This document shows, one piece after another, positions 58,901 to 64,000 of a stretch of DNA of 64,000 nt. The position numbers were made by a program, and so were the translations under genes. The notes under the pieces were generated by a model. The model was not told where the DNA came from. It searched no databases and saw nothing but the letters and a program-made list of their open reading frames with translations. The DNA is from Peribolospora baueri (taxonomy: Eukaryota). The stretch lies in assembly GCA_029717555.1 (NCBI GenBank), contig JAMDHS010000007.1:248001-312000 (forward strand). Reading direction: 5' to 3'. How positions within the stretch are numbered: the first letter of the stretch is position 1; every line of letters starts with the position of its first letter.

Positions 58901-61900
58901 TTCTCGACGAGGTGTCGCAAGACGTCCGCAGCATTCGCAAAGGAATTGCAGACGTTATGAGCGCTGGTGCGGCTGTAGCCGAGCGGTCTCGTTCAGTCAG
59001 CGCCCCCGTTCCGGACGACGACCCTCAAAAACATGGCCTTTCCGACGACACGGCACAGACGCGCCAGTCAAAAATGAGAGTAGCTAAACTCTCCATGTTG
59101 CAGAAGAGGCTCCGCAGCTGGCTGGAGATCGAGCATCGGGCTCATGTAAGCATGCGAGATTCGTCGTCATCGCAAACTGAATATGTCGTATCAGCTGACA
59201 TCTCCTTTTCTTTGATATTTTGACAGTTCTTCCTGGGAGATGCCTATTTTCAGAGCAAGGAGCGAGCAGAAGAAGCTGAGAAGGCTGCATGGGAAGAGAA
59301 GGAGAAAGCTGCCTACGACGCAGCTGAAGTTGTGCGCATCTCTCCTTCTGTTGAGGAAGCTTCTCAATGCTCGCCCTAACCTTGTCGCGTTTTCATTGCT
59401 TAGATCAGGCGCGAGCTGTTGCACGAGGCGGAAGAGGCAGTGCAGAAGGCACTCCAATCCTTTGCCTCTCATTTCACGCAGATGCAGCTCGAAGACATTC
59501 AGTTGGACGTGGGCTTTTCCGGCAAGGGTGGAATTTTAGGGTGAGAATGAAACTAAGTGTGGAGAAACTTTCGCGTCGCACGTCAACTCTGTCTCTGAGG
59601 GCTCTTATACACTTTTTTGTCTATATGCAGAGCCACGATCATGGACGAGATCGATGAAGTATCTGAAAGAATGAATGAGCAAGCGGAGTTGCTGTTTTCC
59701 TGGAGGAGCAAAATCATCGAGCGACTTTCAAGACCGCTTCGCAGCGCATCGGATGAGGACGTGGATGGAGAGGAGTATCAAAAGGATCTCGACGCCCAAG
59801 GCGAGGTGGAGGTGCTTCTACCGATGTATCAGGAACTCCTGCGGGATCGAAAACAGATGTGCGTCGTAGACTTGCTCACCTTCTCACCTTTCCGTATCAC
59901 CTATCGCTAACGTTTGCGAACTTCTCCTGCTTTAGGATCAACGGTGGCCGAGACCTTCAAGATCCGACCGGGCACTCTTCTCGAGTGGACAAGGTCGACC
60001 ACCTTTCTGGCTGGAAGACCGTACGAAGGAACCTTGAGCGGCTTCTAGGCTTAACCGGCTCGCAATCTCGTCATGCTGGAAGAAAGGTCGATTGGCTTGA
60101 GATCCTCAAGCAAAAAGACTTGCTCGATGGAGCCAGAGAGAAGGACCCCGGTATAGAAAACGACATCTTGAGGATCAACCAATTTGACCAGTGCGAGGAT
60201 GCTCGGAAGCGTGTACAGTTCAGCCCGGCTCAGCGAGCGCTCAGAATTATTTCAATAGCTCTTCGTGAGGCGGAAGCACGAGCGACAAGCGGCAAAGAGG
60301 AAATGATTCTTAGTGAGTCTTTCATAGCATTCGAGGCTATGTCGTACAGTGGAATTGACTGAACTGAGGCTGTTTTGTCCGGATCAGAGTCGGCCCGTAG
60401 TAACGTTCAAACGATGATGAAAAATCAACTGGAACTGCTTGAGGGGCTGCAAAAAGAGGCGCAAGCTCTGTCCAACCTTGATAATGCAAGATTGAATTAT
60501 TACCGTCAACTACAGGAATTTTCGGATGCCGTGGCCGGTGTCGAAACTACCGATAGAGTCATGTGGGTTTTGTCTTCCTTGTCAGCCAGGGCCCGCGAAG
60601 GGTAAAGTCCAATGACTGTGTTGTCAACTTCCAGGCGCGAAATTGCCAGATGCATTGAAGAGGAGGCGGTGATGATCAAGAAAATCGAGGCATCATCCTC
60701 CAAGGTCCGCTATCTTGACCACTTGGCCGAGATCGAGAGTGAGGAGGTTGGCGCGGAGGCCAAGACGTGCCCCTTCTGCACCGACGAGGTCAAGGTGCGT
60801 TGTCCAGCCTGATGATTTTTGTTTGTCCAAGTTCCAATGTTGAACACCGTATGTCTCGTCGCAGGTCGGAGCGTTGACTGCATGTGGTCATCTCTGTTGC
60901 TATCGCTGCTGGCGAGAATGGAGGAAAACTCATGTGACTTGCCCGACCTGTCGAGCTCAATTGAGACAACACGAGGTACACAAGATCGTGTACCGCAAAT
61001 CCAAACCTCAGGATCCTGCACGTCCCTTAGTGAGTGCTGTACTGTCTCACTCCTTGCCTGTGATGGCCTTCTAACTGGCTGTCTTATGATCGCATTTAGG
61101 CAGATTCCGGGAGCATGGAACACAATTCCTTGGACCGTCAGGACAACGTTGCCCCCAACGTAAGCTAGTTGTCTTGCTGCTGTCCGTCGGCTTCGCCCAT
61201 TACTGATGGATGGATTCGTTGGTCTATTTTGGTAGGGGCCACGGGACATGGAAGCTGTGGAGTTCAATCTTTTGGATCCTCAGGAACAAGAGGCTCTGGA
61301 CAATGTTCCTCTCAACGTATGTCGACTATTATATCACCGATGCTGGCACCGTCCGTAACTGACAGGCATACTTCTGTTTAATTATTCTAGGGCTCATGGG
61401 GATCCAAACTTGACTTGCTCCTGCGTCATATTCTACAAATTCAAGAAGTTGACCGCAGTGCCAAATGCATAGTGTTTTCTGCCTTTGCCCGAGGACTCGA
61501 CATCGTCGAGCAAGCCCTTCGGTGGAACGGTATCCAGTTTGTTCGTTTGGAAGGTGGTAGCAAGAACGGCCGGCAGGCCGCTCACCGCTTTCGTTCCGAC
61601 CCAGACGTCAAAGTCTTCCTATTGCATGCTGAAAGCCAGTCGGCTGGCTTGACGCTCACCGCAGCCACGTCGATCCACTTGATAGAGCCAGTGGTCAACC
61701 ACTCTTTCGAGCTGCAAATGCTTGGCCGTGTCCACAGGATTGGGCAGACGAAAGAAAGTGAGCATCGTATTTTTTGCTGTGGTTCTCAGTTTTTCTACAG
61801 CGAGCACTCATCGTCACCACCTGATGTGCGGTCGTTGCCCTTCCTCCCCTGCACCCAACTTAGCTCGCGTATACTGTTATCAGGCCGGAACTTCTCTACG

Positions 61901-62409
61901 GACGGTGGAATCACGAATCGTGGATTTGGGCGCAATGCGAGGTCTCTCGCTCTACGTCAAGGGTCCCAGCACAGACAACGATCGACTGCTGGAGCAAGAC
62001 GCGATGCAGATCACTGACCCGGCTTCGGCGGCCGACGCCGAGCGCGTTCACGCGGGATATGCGAAGGGGGATGCGGACCTCGTGGCCTCGCCGGATGACA
62101 TGCTTGCCTGTTTCTTTGACCAGCGTGAGTATATATACAAGTTGCTGAGTTTCCCCAGTCCTTTCGCCCCAGTCATGTTCTTCCGTTGGAAGGTTGTAAC
62201 TGACAAACAGCGTTCCGATTGTCTCTCGCTCAGACCTCTTCCGCACCAAGCCGGAACAGGGGGCCGCGACGTCGGCAGCGTTGTCCAACTCTAGACGAGC
62301 GCGGGAGCGTGAGGAGAGAGCGAGGGCGGCGGAGAGACGCAGAGCGGCCGCTCAGGGCGACATGAATGCCGTTGCTTCGAGCTCTCGACCATTTGCCAAT
62401 GACATTTGA
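55959..62409 (+). CDS. IRC20: SNF2-family ATP-dependent helicase / RING E3 ubiquitin ligase (Irc20/SHPRH-like), multi-exon
   Basis: LLPFQRRSV, GALLGEEMGLGKTLE (Walker A), TLIITPPSLISQW, FWRVIMDEVQLV (Walker B), AVSGTP, LLRLRQACTNPQV, RING CPFC...CGHLCCYRCW...CPTCR, and a HELICc domain (KCIVFS...FLLHAESQSAGLTLTAA...QMLGRVHRIGQT). Confidence 0.9.
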
Positions 62410-62937
62410 TGAGACCTCTCGGAGGCCTGTATGCTTTCGGTGGGGCATTTGCCATGCCCTCGCCCCTCCGCATCTTCCTTGTTACGTGTACTACATCATG
62501 TACGAGTACTACTACTGTCAGTCGCCGGCAGGAACCGGACCGACCACACGGGTTTATTTATCCGTGATCGCCAATTTATTATGTGAGTGATCGAAGTGTC
62601 GCAAATGACGTCTTCGCGATTGTGCGGACGCTTCGGCCGTACTTGTGCTTTAAGGACCGAGCACAAAGCTCGATTCATTTGGAAGAGGCTGTCGAGGCCT
62701 TTGGAGGCTCAGAGGGTGGATAAGTTTCGGCCGGTCGGTGCCGGTGGCCCGAGAGGGCGGGGTCGCACGTCTTCGAACGACACTGCGACATTTCCGTGTT
62801 GTCCAAGATCGATCTATTCCTGTCACCATTCTTCACCATCTTGGTTTCAAAACGACGTAGGGAATCGCTAAGATACGAATGGACAGCAATGAGATGAGTT
62901 GACTAAGCCTCCACAAGGAGCGTCGATAGCTCGTTAC

Positions 62938-63101
62938 TATAAATGAGCGACGAGCCCCTACCGACACTTTGCAGCATCTCTAATCATATCAACGGCGACC
63001 AGCGCGTTACGGTGCGTACCTTCAGGCACACGAAACTTAAGTGAACTGGCCCTCCTCAGCTTTCCCTCGATTTCGTTCTTGTCTCTTCCCTGTAAAAACA
63101 G
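62938..63101 (+). promoter_or_regulatory. TATA box and 5'-UTR intron of the MDR gene
   Basis: TATAAAT at 62938-62944. Donor GTGCGT at about 63012 and a pyrimidine tract with acceptor ACAG ending at 63101, 7 nt before ATG 63109. Confidence 0.5.
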
Positions 63102-63108
63102 CACCGAC

Positions 63109-64000
63109 ATGTCTCACAAGCTCTACCGCCTCCCCGACAAGCCCGTCGGCTTTCAGGGTCTGCACATAGTGGAGGAGCCCCTTCCCAAGCTCAAAGTGAA
63201 CGAAGTGTTGATTAAGGTCAGTTTAAGGCGCTCTCGTCCGGCATGCTGTTCTTTCGAAAGCCTGGATTGCGTCTTTAATGAGATATGTCCCGGGTCTCCG
63301 GAAAAAAGGCATTTCGTTCATTCGCTCATAACTGTGGGACTGCGTTTGCTCCGCTTCCTCTTCATTGTCCATGTGCCTGTGACAGGTTCATGCAGTTTCC
63401 CTGAATGTGAGTGGGTATGCTCAATTGACGTTTACTCTCTGCCGGGTACAAGGGTTTGCTTTGGCCTTTTTTTGTTGTGTGAAAGCTGACTTTGCGAGCC
63501 AAACGTCTTCACCCGACAGTACCGTGACCTGATCATTGCCCGGGGTGAATATCCCCTCCCCATGCGACCTGGAGTCATCCCTTGTTCAGATGGAGCTGGT
63601 GAGATTGTAGATGTCGGCGCAGATGTCGAAACGTGGCAAAAGGGAGACCGTGTAGCGGGCATCTTCAACCAGGGCCACCTCTATGGTGCAGCTCCAGATG
63701 ATGTTGCCGTGCAGAAGGGTCTGGGTGGTGGCATCGATGGTATGCTGGCACAATACAGGGCGGTGAGCGTTGCAAATGATGTATAGAGAAATAAGCGGAG
63801 AGAGCCGCTTGGGAGAGTCAGGAACAACTCACATCCTTCCTTGCCAATCTTCTCCTCCCTCCAGCTCCCTGAGGATGGCATCGTGCGCATTCCGAGCCAC
63901 CTCACATATGAGCAGGCTGCTACGCTTCCCTGTGCCGCTGTCACGGCTTGGAACGCACTCTATGGTGGCCAGAACCCTCTCCTTCCGGGCCAAGCCATTT
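63109..64000 (+). CDS. Zinc-type alcohol dehydrogenase-like / quinone-reductase MDR superfamily protein (5' part; runs off window)
   Basis: EVLIK|VHAVSLN|YRDLIIARGEYP...IPCSDGAGEIVDVGADV..WQKGDRV...LGGGIDGMLAQYR...HLTYEQAATLPCAAVTAWNALYG. Confidence 0.9.

Overview
Eukaryotic, GC-rich, intron-rich fungal DNA, most likely a basidiomycete (GT/GC-AG introns of mostly 60-130 nt, CTRAY branch points, micro-exons). I can support 16 protein-coding genes. In order: ACOT9-like hotdog acyl-CoA thioesterase (+), Ran1/Pat1-family Ser/Thr kinase (-), RING-CH/MARCH E3 ligase (-), a large repeat-containing coiled-coil protein (+), importin beta-1 KAP95 (-), LSM7 (+), a RanBP2-zinc-finger protein (-), a GPI-anchored CE4 chitin-deacetylase-like enzyme (-), a p31comet/MAD2L1BP-like protein (-), PHS1 (-), ribosomal protein eL28 (+), mitochondrial intermediate peptidase OCT1/MIP1 (-), citrate synthase (+), a conserved fungal membrane protein (+), an IRC20/SHPRH SNF2-RING helicase (+) and a Zn-type ADH-like MDR cut off by the window end (+). 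Long microsatellite-rich non-coding blocks flank the kinase and the zinc-finger gene. The most notable observations are: (1) a cryptic 4-exon p31comet (spindle-checkpoint silencing HORMA-like) homolog that the ORF track breaks into pieces; (2) an eL28 gene with an intron-split start codon, an unusually long and densely folded third intron (candidate ncRNA or autoregulatory element), and a promoter combining Tbf1-, Cbf1- and Homol-like boxes; (3) an isolated, splice-bounded Oma1/M48 HExxH exon in the intergenic desert upstream of the kinase. No tRNA, rRNA, CRISPR array or intact transposon was found. Exon boundaries were read by eye and no database searches were run.
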